A stretch of DNA of 64,000 nt from contig RDEW01000024.1 in the NCBI GenBank assembly GCA_011109175.1, forward strand, positions 663,035 through 727,034. Reading direction: 5' to 3'. Positions 24,071 through 37,680 of the stretch are shown here, one piece after another. The DNA is from Dicyema japonicum. Taxonomy: Eukaryota; Animalia; Dicyemida. The position numbers were made by a program, and so were the translations under genes. Under the pieces are notes generated by a model. That model was given only the letters and a program-made list of their open reading frames with translations. It did not search any database and was not told the DNA's origin. Each line of letters starts with the position of its first letter. Position 1 is the stretch's first letter.

Positions 24071-25720
24071 CTAACGTGAGGAAAAATCTATTATTATTCT
24101 ATCTGAAGTAAACCGTTAAAAAACAAAAATTTGTGAGAAATTTAAATTATTAAAATTACAAATCATTATAAAGGTAGAAATTAATTAATTGATTAATTTT
24201 TCATTAAAAAAATTATTGATTTCTAACGGCTACGTATAACGCCTTTAACGGCTCGTATTCAACCGGTCACATTTATTAACCCCGGATACACCGAGAAAGA
24301 AGTTAAAGTAAACAATTAATTAGGTGTACCCAGTTTCCACTTCTACAGAAACAGAGTCCATCCGGAATCAACATAAAGGGTAAAAGACGTCCATTACATG
24401 CAGTTGTAGAAACCCCTCTAGTGGAGTGGGGAGAGCAAATGATCCTTTTTCGAGCCGGCCTGGCACTGGGCGCCATTTAGAAAGGTGGATCACATGACGC
24501 CACTCTAATGGGAAGAGAGAGGAGGAACAGACGAACAAACAGAAGCTTCAACCAATTTTCGTATTTGAATGAGAACGCCCGTTAAATTTAAATTTTTAAA
24601 TTTATTGAACCAAAAAACAGTTCTTATTAATTAAAATTAATTAATTAAATTATTCCAAAGAAATGCATTGATCCAATTCGTCGGGATCACTTAGTCTAGT
24701 TTTTTCGGTTTAACAGTGGTCTTTGGAAAAAAGGGTTAAGCCAAACTAACTAATTCCTTGATCCTGACGCGTTCTAGCAAAATCCTCACTCAAGGACAGT
24801 GATCCAAAAGAAATTGTCCTTGAAGTTGAAATCGATGACAGAACTCGTCGACATGGAGCGAAATTGTGCCCTGGTAGAATGAATAGATGGATCCTTTAGA
24901 ATACCGGCCAGGCATTGGGCGTATCCTGAGTAAGGTGGATCGAATGATGCTACCAGAGGGAAGAAAAAGAAATTTTCAATGGATTACCTATTCCAGAAGC
25001 GTTGGAGAGGACTTTTCAGTGACTTTAATATTCAATAATTTATAAAGTCACCATAATTGGTTAGGATCTCCTAGTATTACTCAATCTCCTCCATTCACGA
25101 ATCTCTAGTATTCAGCGTAGAAATGTTGGGCACAAAAGACCTTGAGATATGCTTAGAGGAGAGGTTGAAGGTCGTACCAACGTCAAAAACTTAATTTATA
25201 GAAAATTAGGCTTATATCTATGTGGTTCACTTGTCTTTACGATGAATTAGTTAAATCGATTATTTTGGGTGACATTCACCGGTTTTCTTATTTACATTAT
25301 TGTTATCTACCACCGATATGGGAATGCTAAGACAGAAGGAGGTAAACCATCTAATTAGGTGATCCTAATAGACCTAGCAAAATCGAGAGGTTTTTGCTGT
25401 GCTCCTTCATAGTACATTTTTTCTGAATCCCCGACGCTTTTCTTCAGTAGAATTTGGGGAGGTGTTTCGGCGGCTTATACCGCTTATTAAAAAATTCTTA
25501 TTTTCACTTATCGAAGTTCTCTAGTAATCCAGTTGAGGTTATTGAGTGGCTGTTTCCCCTGACAACTGCCAGAGAAATCATTTGGAGTAGCCACTCGGTT
25601 CCCATGTTCGTTGCTCGCTTTCGTTATCACAGACCCGAGCGATCTTAGAAAAGAAATCGTCTTGATCCGAAGACTCCGCTCGTCTCGAGTAAGTTAGCTA
25701 ATTTTCCTGATCACTCTGGT

Positions 25721-28225
25721 TTGTTCGACCCCTAAATGGGGCACCAAGTGCCCCAAAATGCGTGGTGCCCCAAAAACGGGGGTTATTATTATTTCTGAAA
25801 TTGAATGAATAATTTATTATTTCAGACTCTCCATTAAATCCCTCGAAGAATTGACTCATCTAATAAAAAGCCTGGGCGGACTGGGAATCCCTTCAACGAA
25901 AGATCTGGCTTGCCCTGCTTATCTATCCTCTTTGGGCTCCAGCCGACTGCTGGTCAGGATGATTCTCCAACTCCAAACAGAATCATCTGAAATCACAGAG
26001 ATGGAGCATTTGAAGGGGATGATGCCTGAGCAGAAAGATCGTTACAGGACCATCTGCGAGGATAAATATGAGAGGCTTCTGAACCAATCAAACCAACACA
26101 GACGTGCATGTCTAGTCACTGGAAGATGCGAATCGAGTGGCGCATGGATCAATGCACTCCCAGTTGGCAGTGTCGGGACCCATCTTGACGACGATACTGT
26201 CCGCATCGGCATCTCCACCAGACTTGGACTGGAGATTTGCCGGACCCACAAATGCCGATGTGGCGCAACCGTCGATTGTTATGGACTCCATGCCCTCTCT
26301 TGTCGAAGGAGTGCAGGACGATTCCCAAGACACAAGGCGATCAACGGAATTGTCAAGCGAGCCCTGGAGTCTGCGGGATACCCAGCCATACTAGAACCTG
26401 TTGGTCTGGACAGATGAGACGGAAAACGTCCAGACGGGATCACAATTTTCCCATTCGAAGAGGGGAAACCTTTGGTCTGGGACGCTACTTGTGTCGACAC
26501 GCTTTGCCCGTCCAACATTGTCGGGGGCGCGGTAGATACACTGTATTCCGCGGAAAAAACGATGATGGCAAAGGAGAAGAAGTACGAAGCGCTACGCGAC
26601 CGATTCGCGTTTTATCCGATAGTGGTCGAGACAACTAGAGGAATAAGTGGAAAATCGCTTCGCTTCCTAAAGAAACTTGGACGCTTAGCTACACTAAAAA
26701 GCCACGACGCACGTGAGACCCGGTGACTACTCCAGTTGATCTCTGTTGCAATCGTGAGTGGCAACGCAACGTCGATAATGTCGGCGGGGTCCACTTTGGA
26801 TGGATGGCAGTTTTAAATATGCTTTACTGGGGATAAATTAACTGATTATTTTTCTAAAAAAAAATGAATAATTAACATCAAATAACATTTTTGCCAAAAT
26901 AATCAGTTATTTTAATTTTAGTTTTAGAGATTTGTCGTATATTATTTGTTAATTCTAGCCGGAAATTATAGAAGTCTCGCCGCACTTTTTGGTGCCACAT
27001 GTGAATTTTTTTTCCTCCAAATTGTTTAGCAGATCCTTTGTTTCCTCTACGACATTTTCAATATTCTCCGTTTCTGAATATCCACTATAGATATTATTTT
27101 CGGACTCTTCGCACTCTACATTCAATTGTTTGAACCCTTCGCACTCTACATCACCTGTTAGACAGTCTAATTCTTAAAGGCCTTGATTATTCTCATATCT
27201 AATGGTTGTAAATGGGGCGCTGCATTTTCGGTAAAAATAAAAATTCGGTATTTGAACATTCAAAAGTTTTATGGATCCAGATGGATTTTATTCTTTCCAG
27301 TCATCCATGCATTTTTTGAAGACGAATACAATAACCCAAAATCTTGGACATCAAAATTTTTAGGCACCGAGGTTGTTTATACTTTCCAATAATCAATAAG
27401 TCAAGTTTTTCTACAATTAAACTGCAGCATAGAAGAACAGTGAGTCTTTCTGTTCCTTGTTTATAGCCAAAACACTGTTCGCCTTTTTCGACAAATGATT
27501 TTTGGGGAGTTTTTTTATATAAAAAAACGCGGTTTCATTGCAATTAAATACATTCTGAGGTCCATATTTTAATACTTTCTCGTCAATTTTTTTCAAAATA
27601 ATCTTTAACGAGAGATAAATCACATGAGGCCTTTTCTCCACATATTGACTCGAATTGAGGCTCATGTCGCAATTTAAATTTATCAAGCCACCCATTGGAG
27701 GCTTAAAAAAAAGTAAATACAATTTTTGAAGCTGTAACTAAGGCGATTTTTTAAATTGGACCTGAAATCGGAATTTTATCCACCCGAAGTTTTTGAAATA
27801 CCAAAGACTTGATCATCAAAATTTTCTTTATCGGCTTTAAATGCCTCACAAAACTCAGAACTAGTATTGCCGCGGTGTAAGAAAGGTAAAAAATTTTGTT
27901 TGATTCTTGAAATAGTTCCTTTACTTGACTTGTACTTTGTGATTAATTGCCTTTCAGATAAATTGTTCCTCATAATTTCTTTAGCAATTTTCAATTTAGT
28001 TTCGTAATCCATGACCACAACAAAAATGAAAATTGAAAAAAAAAAAAAATTAATTAATTATAATTTTATTATTTTTAAATTGTTAATAAATGATTTTACG
28101 ATGCTTCAAAATTTCCATTTTTTTATTGATTTTTCTTTTATTCTGCCAAAATGTTGACTTGAAAAAAGGTGCCCCAAAATTTGAGGTGCCCCACCTCTGA
28201 TTTGCCCCATTTTGGGGTCGAACTG
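25721..28225 (-). mobile_element. pogo/Tigger DNA transposon with TIRs (decayed transposase 27100-28020)
   Basis: Left GTTCGACCCCTAAATGGGGCA (25723-25743) and right TGCCCCATTTTGGGGTCGAACTG plus TA (28203-28227) are inverted repeats. CENP-B-like HTH (LSERQLITKYKSSKGTISRIK) and NVFNCNETAFFY (DDE_1). Confidence 0.8.
25830..26810 (+). mobile_element. CRE-clade non-LTR retrotransposon 3' half nested in the pogo element
   Basis: GGLGIP; SGAWINALPVGSVG; CRCGATVDCYGLHALSC..GRFPRHKAIN; DGKRPDG; LVWDATCVDT; FYPIVVET (CCHC plus PD..D restriction-like endonuclease). Confidence 0.85.
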
Positions 28226-28857
28226 TAAAATAACACGATTAGTGAGTTTATTTTAATTTGTAGTGTTTGTTAATTTGTTGAAAGGTTTAGGTGGTGTAGT
28301 TTAAGTATACGAAGCATCCTTTTATTTCATGGTGGGTGAAACTTGGCTAACTCTTGTGGTAGTAAAGCCACGTGATAGTTTTTGCGCAATCAAAATGGAC
28401 ACATAATAGCAAACAATCACCAAACTGATTTTATTAACCGCTTATTTTATTTATTATTAAAAAACCTTAAGAGAATTTTTAAATAAAAGAAACCTTAAAA
28501 TAAAAATTAATTTAATGGTCGAGTCTTGTGGATAACAACGAAATTCATTTACTCCATGATGAGAGCGGTCCCGTACTTGAGGCACTAATGCCAGGTTGCC
28601 ATCTCTTGTAATTGTAGAACCTTCCTGCATACACAGTCATCATTAAAGGAACCCAAGTATATAGTCCTGAACAGAGTAAATGGATTGAGTTGGGTTGTCT
28701 GGACGTTATGCAAATATGGGACGAATGAAGCGTCCCCAGTACGACATACGTGAAGTTGCTATGCTGATAACCAACCACACTGAAATGTCTTACAATCTGT
28801 CACTGATGAATCAACATGTACCTATTGAAAGTCAATTTTTACATTCTTTGTCATATA

Positions 28858-29675
28858 CAGTGTAACCCCGGTTTGGGGCACTTTGTGCCTCGAAAACATG
28901 GGTTATTGTTTTTTCCATTCTAAAATTTTTTAAAAAAGGTAAGAGATTTTATTGTATGATCAAGTGGCTCTTTAACGAAGTAATCGGTTATTTTGTAACC
29001 AATTCGGATGTTTCTGATTACTGTCATTCGGAATTCGTAGAATTTTTTTAATGACTTTGGTGTTGTGCAGGAAATGATGTGTTCAGAGTATTCAAAGTTT
29101 CCAGAATTTGTTTCTCTGTCACGTCCTCGTTTTCAGCTATATCTCCATTATAGATAAAAGTGTCAAAATTAATAGTTTCTTCATCATCAGCCTCGGTTAG
29201 TATTTCATCAGTTAGGCGATCATCAATATTTAAGACATCACGATTTTTTCAATTTGTTTCCAACAATCTGTGATTGAAATTTCTGTTACTTCATTCCAAC
29301 TTTTTGAAACCAGCATTCCAACCTAACGAAGGTTTAGTTTTGAAAGACGTTCTTTAAGATCACTTTGATGTTCCAAAGACATAAAAATTTGATTAAAAAA
29401 TCGAAATTTTTGAAACAGCGAGGATTTATTATATTTCCCAATAATCAATGGTTCAAGTTTTTTACCCTCATAATTGCTACATAGAAGTGCTGTAATCCAA
29501 TTTTTGATACAACAATAAAGCCTATTTTTTAATGATTGGTTCTGATATTGGAAAATTTTTTTTCTGAGTTTCTGGATATTTCAAATACTTTGTGCCCCAG
29601 AAAATTTCCAAATTTGGAAATTAATGCTGGAAAATAGACTCCAAATGAAAAATGGCCCGAAACGGGGTCGGACTG
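28858..29675. mobile_element. Internally deleted pogo-family element or MITE (818 bp)
   Basis: TA-flanked imperfect TIRs CAGTGTAACCCCGGTTTGGGGC and GCCCGAAACGGGGTCGGACTG; minus-strand remnant WNEVTEISITDCWKQ. Confidence 0.65.
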
Positions 29676-29959
29676 TAATTTGAATGGTGCACCTTACTAA
29701 GAAGACTTCATGGCTGGCTTCAAAACCTTACTAAGGAAGCTTATTCATTCCACCGGGAGACAAGTTCTGGAATCGCTGGAACGCGTCAGGATAGGAGTTT
29801 GTTAGCTTGGGTTAACCCTTGGTCTTTGGAATCATTTAATTTAATAATAATGAACTTGTTGGTTGAGTTGGTTGACACCTCTCTCTTGTAATATCTCTAT
29901 CGTATTCTCGATCAATCCGCTCTACGCTCTTTTCCATTACATCTTTCAATGTCAGAGGA

Positions 29960-32290
29960 GTTGCCTCAAACATCAAACAGAACATTCTATGTAAGGATCT
30001 AGAAAGATACAAAACCGGCATGTCTGCAAGAGACGAAGGTGACAGAACGAGATGTATGCCATGACAATTACCGGTTAATACTACCATCCGACTCCCGTCA
30101 TTATGGGATGGGCTTACTTGTGGATCGGTTACTCAAAGTATGGAGGGTAACAGAGCGAATTGCTATTATCCAACTTAATATCGGATCACGTAATAAGAGA
30201 TCGATTATGACTGTCATAAATGTGTATGCCCCCCACACAGGAAGATTATCAACTATGGATGAGCTTGATGATTTTTATATGAGATTATCGGAAGTATACT
30301 CTCAACTCTGCTCGTCCACGCTAATTTTTGTTGAGGGAGACTAAATTTCAAAGTCAGGAATTAAACGCAGAGGTGAACGTTGCATTGCTAATCACGGAAG
30401 GGGATATCGAAATTCTGGAAAGTTCATGATCGACTTTTGTAAGACCTACGATTTGTTTCTGTGCAACACGGCCTTTCAGATGCCGCCCGACACAAGACCA
30501 CCTGGGTGGGTTGAAAAAAAAAGCAGTCGCATAGAAATTATTAGAACAAATAAACAACAATCAGTCGAATAAGAATTATTAGTGGACTCCCGTTCGTATG
30601 GAGGATCATTGACAAATAGCGATCACAAGATCGTAGTCTGTCGGTTGAATCTTAGCAGGCTTTATGGAATGTTATGTGCGAATCATGCACGTCCCAGAAA
30701 AACACAGATGATAGCGGGAGAAGAATTAGTAAATAATCCTGCACTCCTCACCAGATACGAGCAGCGATTGGACCAGTATCTCTCCAATATTTCTATGAAT
30801 GGCCTACCCCACATCGTGTGGAAAAGAATCTCTGAAGCCATAATGACCACTGCCGACGAAACAGTTGGGATTCGCGAAAATACTATGAAAGATATAAAGG
30901 AGCATTTAACTGTCAATGAATCCGTCAACGAGATATAAGACTCAAATTGAAACTTGTGATCCTGAACGAAAATCAGAATTAAAAAAATTGCAGAATACAA
31001 TCCAACACGAAAGTAAGAAGAATGTGCTCCAATTGTGGTCGGATTTTTTGGACCAACGAGTATTGGAAGTGGAAAGATTACATGTGCAAAAATGTTTATG
31101 GCTGTGCGTTTACTCAAGCGGGGGTCAGCTAAAACCAATTTAAAAATTCAAGATGAGTTCGCTCACTTTGTATTGGACGCTAACCGTGGACTTATAGCCC
31201 AACACTTTAGCAAGCAGTTCAATCGGGAGGATACTATACCCCTCACACAATTCGAAGTTCTCAAGGAGATAATTGATGAGGACTGTTTTGAGGATTGTGT
31301 GTTTTTTGCTGGCTGACACGAGTCTCATAGTGAAAGTGGGGAAGGGGCTCTTTGGAAAAATTCACGACCGGGATTGGTACTCCGCAATGGGACTCGCTTT
31401 CGCCAGTTCTCTTTGCAATCCATTTGGAAGCTGCGTTGAGGGACGTTAGAAAAAAGTGGGTCACTTTATCATTTTGTGGAATTAATATATGCTGATGACA
31501 TCGATTTTGTGTCTGAGGATGTGGGGGTACTAAGAACTGTAGTAGATAAAGCCACAACAGTTCTGGAGAGGTGGTCTTTGAAGATCAATTCAGAAAAAAC
31601 GGAGTTAACTTGGATTCAGCGGTGACCGACACGGATTGATGAGAAATGGAGGTTTACTAAAAGGCTCGGCTTGTTTTTGGGTGATGCCGAAGACATTGCT
31701 CACAGAAAGATGTTGCATCGTGTGCACTGAAAAAGATGTGGAGTATTTGGACTCTCAGAAAGCCTATCTCCTTAAATCTTCGGATTCGCTTATATAACGC
31801 GTTCATACACCCAGTCCTATTAAATATCTCGGGAACATGGGGAACATCAAAAACGGACCTTGACAGACTAGACACAGTTCACAGAAATCAATTTGAGAAA
31901 AAGTGCGGGAATCAAATGGCCACAGATTATCAAAAACGACACTACAAATTATGTAAATGCAAACCGATAAGCAGAGAAGTAATTATTTCACGCTGGCGAC
32001 TTTTCGGACATGTTCTGAGGATGGACCAAGTGATTCCTTGCAATCAAATCATGGAAGATTACTTTTCGAAGGAATTGGATTTCGGGGTCGGCAAAGATGT
32101 ACGCGTCCCTCTGTCTGAATAACGATTACGCACAAATTGGCGGTCAGAGACGATCTTGAGGATATTCGTAAACGCGCGAGGAACAGAGCTAGGAGAGGGC
32201 TGACTGGGAGGATAGTCGAGTGTACGGCACGAGCGAAACCCTAGGCATTTTACGTGCTTATGGCAACGCTATTAACTAACTAATAAACTT
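29960..32290 (+). mobile_element. RTE-like LINE (APE plus RT) pseudogene
   Basis: VINVYAPH, SDHKIVVC, GTPQWDSLSPVLF, LIYADDIDF, LKINSEKTE, RWRLFGHVLRMD; multiple frameshifts. A small related piece lies near 50470-50700. Confidence 0.85.
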
Positions 32291-32599
32291 CCACCAAAAA
32301 ACGGCACAACGAATGATTTATTTTTTTACTTTTGTTGTTTTCTGACATTTTAAAGATTATTTTTCCAACTCTGATAAAATTTTTATATTTTAAATCAGTT
32401 GTTCTTAACGAAGATTTTCTCGTTTTATCAGCCGAAAATGGGTCGATAAAGTCACTAAAGCTTTTTTCGAATCCGATATTCTCTTGCATAAGTTGAACAG
32501 TAAAAAGCTTACGAGACTTGTATGAGTGTATTCGACATAATCTTCCCTCTACTTACGCTTGCCTAAAAAGTGTTAATTTATGCCAGAAGCAGCTTGACA

Positions 32600-33200
32600 G
32601 AATTAAGCTATTTTTGAGGTTTTATTGTCATTTATTACCAATGTCGTTGTGGAGGGATTGTCGATGCCAAAGGGCTGCACTCGCTCTCGTGCAAAAGAAG
32701 TGCGGGCAGAGCACTTCGCCATGCTGCTATGAACAACATAGTCATGCGAGCTCTTGAAGCGGCAGGCTTCCCGTCAGTACTGGATCCAATGGGATTGGAC
32801 CGCGGAGACGGGAAAATACCGGATGGGTTAACTATATTTCCGTTCACTGAGGGAAAATCGCTCGTATGGACTGCACTGTTGTGAATTCTTTCTCGAACTC
32901 GATGATACTCAGCTCGGCGCAGTCTGCTGGATCGGGAGCCGATATGGCCGAGAAAATCAAAATTAAAAAATATGGCGAAATTGGAGACCGCTACTGTTTT
33001 GTACCGGTAGCAAACGAGACGTCTAGTGCGGCCGGAAGTATTACAGCCTCTCTCCTAAAGGAAATCGGGGGGAAATTGTCCCACCGCAAGAAAGACGTGC
33101 GAAAAGCGGTCTGGCTGAGGCAACTAATTGGTATCGCATTTGTCCGCGGAAACGCTTACTCCGTGATGTAAGCAGCCGATCTCCCCCATAGTTAATAAAT
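32600..33200 (+). mobile_element. CRE-clade 3' fragment
   Basis: [33 protein letters not shown]; RYCFVPVANETS; RGNAYSVM; tail shared with the 16.5-kb copy. Confidence 0.8.
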
Positions 33201-33289
33201 AATATTTTATTGTTAATAAATTTTTCAATTGAAATTTATTACCGTTAACAAAGGAAATTACGAAATTAATAAATTAATTAACACAAAAA

Positions 33290-33530
33290 TTCATCAAACG
33301 TGGTCCCAGCCAACATTACCGACGTTATGTTGCCTCTCACGATTGCAACAGAGATCATCTGTTAAAAGCCACCAAGTCTCACGTGCGTCGTGGCTTTTTA
33401 GTGTAGCTAGGCGTCCAAGCTTCTTTATGAAACGAAGCAATTTCCCACTTATTCCACCAGTCGTCTCAACAACAATTGTGTAGAACGCGAATCGGTCGCT
33501 TAGCACTTCGTATTTCTTCTCCATCAAGGG
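33290..33530 (-). mobile_element. CRE-clade 3' fragment, tail-to-tail with the previous copy
   Basis: EKKYEVLSDRFAFYTIVVETTGGISGKLLRFIKKLGRLATLKSHDARET, nearly identical to 26570-26790. Confidence 0.85.
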
Positions 33531-33849
33531 AAAATTAGTTCTGATATATTAATTTTTTTAAGAAAATATTTATTTATTATAATAAAAAACAAAAAAATAA
33601 GAGAAACTTAATTTTAATTTTGGCTACTTCCAGAGTATTGACATTTTTTTGGATACAATTTTTGATATGTCGGGCTCAGCTATTTTCGTAGTTCCAACTT
33701 TTATTAAAGTGGATAAATTTTTTATTAGTGAGAATTGTTCATTGAGCAGATTTTTTTTAATTTCATAAATGAAAAAAGCTGTTGACATATTTCGAACCAA
33801 AAAAGCAATAATTTTTGTCTATTTCAGATCGTATTTGGTAGCAACACCA

Positions 33850-34400
33850 GCATGTTGTCCAACCATATTCGGAGTACCATCGGTGCACAAACAAACTTCT
33901 TAAATAAATCCCATAGTCAAAGAGAATTTTCTCGAGACCTTTGCCAGATCCCTAATTTCTTCCATTCCTTCCCTCGAATCGTTGTACAAACAGTATATCT
34001 TCCCAACTATCGAGCACGCATGTCCATCATGGATACACCCCTGTCCCCAAAAGGGTAAACCGAAGACCCACTCAAAGAAGAGATTAATGCCTACTTGGAG
34101 TATGCATATACATTTGCAGAGAAACCTTCCCCTTTCTGGGGGATTATGAAGGATTACAGACAACACCGAAATGTGAGGAGAGGCGAAGACACGGAGATCA
34201 CTGAATTAGAGATAACTCTGACGATAGCTATCGAGATACGAAACTCTCGAACCCATCCTGTCTGACGTAGATCCTTGGTGACCTTTTGGATCACTGAGCT
34301 GATCCGACAGACTAGATCTTCCCAAGGATTCCTGACGTCTCAACAGCAAATGGGACAAATATGTGATCCTCCTAACTGCTTCTGTACTTCCCTTCAATGT
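33850..34400. mobile_element. Jockey/I-like LINE remnants
   Basis: Plus frame SLESLYKQYIFPTIEHACPSW; 34230-34400 is similar to 44360-44500. Confidence 0.55.
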
Positions 34401-35605
34401 TATGCGTATTCATTGTGTAATCGACCAAATCTACAAATGGTCGCCTACATGACTACGGCTATTTCTGCTATAAACGATTTCAAATCTTGGATTTATCGTT
34501 TTTTCGACAGCTTTGTCGGCAGTGATGAAAATTTTGTACGAAGGTCGGTTGATGTCTAGTGGACTATCGTTAACTCCCTGTGCATTGACTTTAGCCAATG
34601 TCATTATACCTGATCAAAGAAATCTGGGAACTATAGCTCGGTCTCGTCCCGGTGTCACTACCAGCTAACTACTCGATAGTTACTTAGTAAGGGAGATGGG
34701 TTATGGATTGTCCTGGTCTCCCTTCGAGGTTTACGCCAAGCGTCCACTTTGGTGGTTACTTTCCTGTCAGCTACTGGTTTCTTTATTTGAAGGGACTGGT
34801 GGTAAACAAAGAATTAAATGCCCATGAAAGACTACTTTGTGTCGATGGGAAGGACACTATGGTCACCGTACCATCAGTGGTGGACGTTTATTTGAAGCAG
34901 TAGACGACAACTAGAAACAGCAGACAAGTGTTGAGATTTAGCATGACAGAGGAAATTGGAAAAATCAGGTGGGAGTCTTCGAGGCTACCTAAAGTGGACT
35001 GTCTTTCCTAATTGATCTCAAATTTCATCTCTTCTCCCAATTGGAAGACATCATCACGATGAGATCTGTCACAACGCTAAATTATTCTACCAAAGGAAGG
35101 TTTGGAAGTCGATGTTCCAATGACTTACCTTCTCATAATTTTTGGGGAGTCTTAAAGGTATCTGAGTCAGGATTCTGTCGATCCTGAGATGGCTAAGTTG
35201 CTCCATTTATCAAAAAGTCTCCAAAAAGACACTAGAAGGCATGTTCCTAGAATGGATTCCATAAAGCACTTGAAACCCTATGGTTAGTAAATTCAAAGTA
35301 TGGGAGAAAAGCGTGTTCTTTGATGTTGCATGAAAACGAATTGAGACAAACGGAAAATATTAATTTATTATTGCTTGTCGTTTCGAACACTACCAAAGCA
35401 TTTACGCACTAAGTATTCGCTTTTAGGTAATAAATTGCTTGATATAGTCATAAATCTCATTCCAGATAGCTATTCTACTGCTAATTATTTATTTCCCACT
35501 TGTTTTTAATAGTCTCATTTTGATCGTACATCCGCAGAGTAATAGATTTCATCTCCACCTACCTACAGCTAATTCTTGTTCCTCTTATCCATTTTTTCAA
35601 TTGCC

Positions 35606-35778
35606 TCATTTTGATCGATGTACGTTCGACACCAATAAAATACGTTGGTAGAAGCACATCTCATTTTGATCGATGTACGTTCGACACCAATAAATACGTT
35701 GGTAGAAGCACATCTCATTTTGATCGGTGTACGTTCGACACCAATAAATACGTTAGTAGAAGCACATCTCATTTTGAT
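35606..35778. repeat. 54-55-bp tandem minisatellite, about 3.2 copies
   Basis: Unit TCATTTTGATCGATGTACGTTCGACACCAATAAATACGTTGGTAGAAGCACATC starts at 35606, 35661, 35715 and partially at 35769. Confidence 0.95.
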
Positions 35779-35914
35779 TGGATATCCGACATTAAAACAG
35801 ACTGACTTAATAACTTTCTAATGATTCTAGCGTACCACGGATTGGAACACCACTACTAAACGACCAATACAATTATTAATAAAAACACAAATTGCCAATA
35901 AGAGAAAAATCAGA

Positions 35915-36628
35915 TTAGGAGTACTGAGCAATCACGGATTTGAGTTTTTGAACCTGCGGGCTATTGTCCTGTTCAATCAACTCCCTCGCCTGTTTAAACA
36001 AAGCCTACAAATGAATCACATCAGTACTATTCGAGCTTTCTTCTGCTCGTTGAACTTATCAGCGTTCTCTCTACGCTTGTTCTCAAGCTCCTCCACTAAA
36101 TCAGCATGCTTCCAACCAAACCGTTTGGAGATCTCCCCCAACTCGATGAACTAATCTTCATTACACGTGCTGACCTTTCTATGGGGCTTCAAACACACAG
36201 CCTTCACAGCACGAGGGAAAACCATTCTCTTCACTCGTTGGAATCTCAACGGAATTCCCTCGTAGGCTGAGATCCGGGAGAAGGCCTCCTTCCCGTGTGC
36301 TGACCTGTGGGAGATCATTCCGCGGACGGCCTTACGGAACATCCCTGGGAGCCCGAAAATGAAGAGGTCCCTTCTTTGGGTTTGTGTTGGTTCGTTTGTG
36401 GAGATATGACTGGTACTTCACTGAAAGAGTCAATCAGATAATTACATTTGTTACGTCTGGCTGAGCCTGAGACGATAAGCTTCTCGCAACGGAGGACTAC
36501 AACTTCCCGTTTAGTAGTGAGGAGGAGTTTGGCAAGTACTGAAGCCAATCTTCCTACAATATGGTTACTTCCGTCTATTATTAAAGGCTAATTTATTGAC
36601 TTATAAATTATACTCTGTTAGAGTCCAT
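35915..36628 (-). CDS. RPL13A: 60S ribosomal protein L13a (uL13), 5 exons, one apparent frameshift at 36343-36346
   Basis: MDSNR|PLIIDGSNHIVGRLASVLAK..RCEKL..RNK|LKY..KRTNTNPKKGPLHFRAP / MFRKAVRGM..YEGIP..KRMVFPRA..LKPHRK|FIELGEISKRFGWK; four 23-26-nt introns; TAA at 35915-35917. Confidence 0.92.
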
Positions 36629-37399
36629 GCTACAACAAAACACGTGTTGATAATTTATTTTTAATATTTTATTAAAATAATTTATTAATATTCAATAATT
36701 AATAATTTTAGTTGATAATTATAACTGTAACTCATATTTCCTTCGAGATGAGTATGAAAGATCATTCGCTTCTGATCAGAAAGTCGACAACGAATATTTC
36801 TATCATATTCCCATTCCGTCTTCTTGTTAATTCGCTACAGGAACACCAACCCACGTGCAGAAACTGATAATAATCAGCCATGATAGCGTAATGTGAATGT
36901 CTCTGTGAGAATTCACTACATTAGTAATGCTTAACGAACTTTATTACCAATGAATGTAAAGAGGGCATTTTTGAAGCTTCTTGTGACACAAGTCCTCCGC
37001 AACTTGGAGCATCCACCTGCCACCTCAGATCCTTCTATAATGCACCTTGTGCTCGATGTACTCAATGATCGCGTCTCTATTCAGGAAGTTTGTCATCCTT
37101 TCTCTGTTACTTCAACGATCGTCTCGACAAGCAGCTTGCTCAGGGCAATCTTGATTCCTGCTCTGCCTGACTTTTCAAGAAGGAAGATAAAATGTTCCTT
37201 GTATCCAATGAAATACTATCCCTTAAGTCCACAGAGGAGCGATGAAATGATTGCACGTGAAAAAATAAAGAAAAACATTTCTGCATAAGATCACTTTCCG
37301 AGATATAAGGATTCCGCTGTATTGATTCGACATAGGGAGACCTGCTGACGAGCTTTGTCGTTCCTTCCGAAAAACTCATTGCATTATATTTTTCTTCAC

Positions 37400-37680
37400 A
37401 AAGTTAATCCTTGGAGACGGCACTAATCTCTTATCTCTTCCACGTTAAGTCTCCTTTCCAAGATCATACTCGACCTCGACACGTCAGACAATAGTACGTC
37501 ATCTGAGTATATCAGAGAACCTTCATCCAAGCACAGTGATCCATGGGATGTTGTCCTGATGTCGATTCCAGAACTCGTCACCAGGGTGGAATGAATAGAT
37601 GGACACTTTTGAATCCCGACCAGGCATTGTGCGCCTCCTTAGTAAGGTGGATCCAATGACGCCACCAGAGAGAAGGGAAA
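37400..37680. repeat. Dispersed repeat module (probable LINE 3' region)
   Basis: Copies at 40035-40230 and 49340-49500, related sequence at 24790-24965, and an inverted related piece near 15000-15090. Confidence 0.7.

Noticed and set aside
25830-33530. CRE elements targeting spliced-leader RNA or telomeric repeats
   Set aside because: Junctions of the copies share no GC-containing target sequence, and I recognised no SL RNA or telomeric array.
35606-35778. Repeat array as a CRISPR
   Set aside because: Whole units repeat head to tail with no unique spacers, there are no cas genes, and the context is eukaryotic.
36740-37390. Gene divergent from RPL13A (112-aa plus ORF or 79-aa minus ORF)
   Set aside because: No recognisable family and no consistent exon model on either strand.
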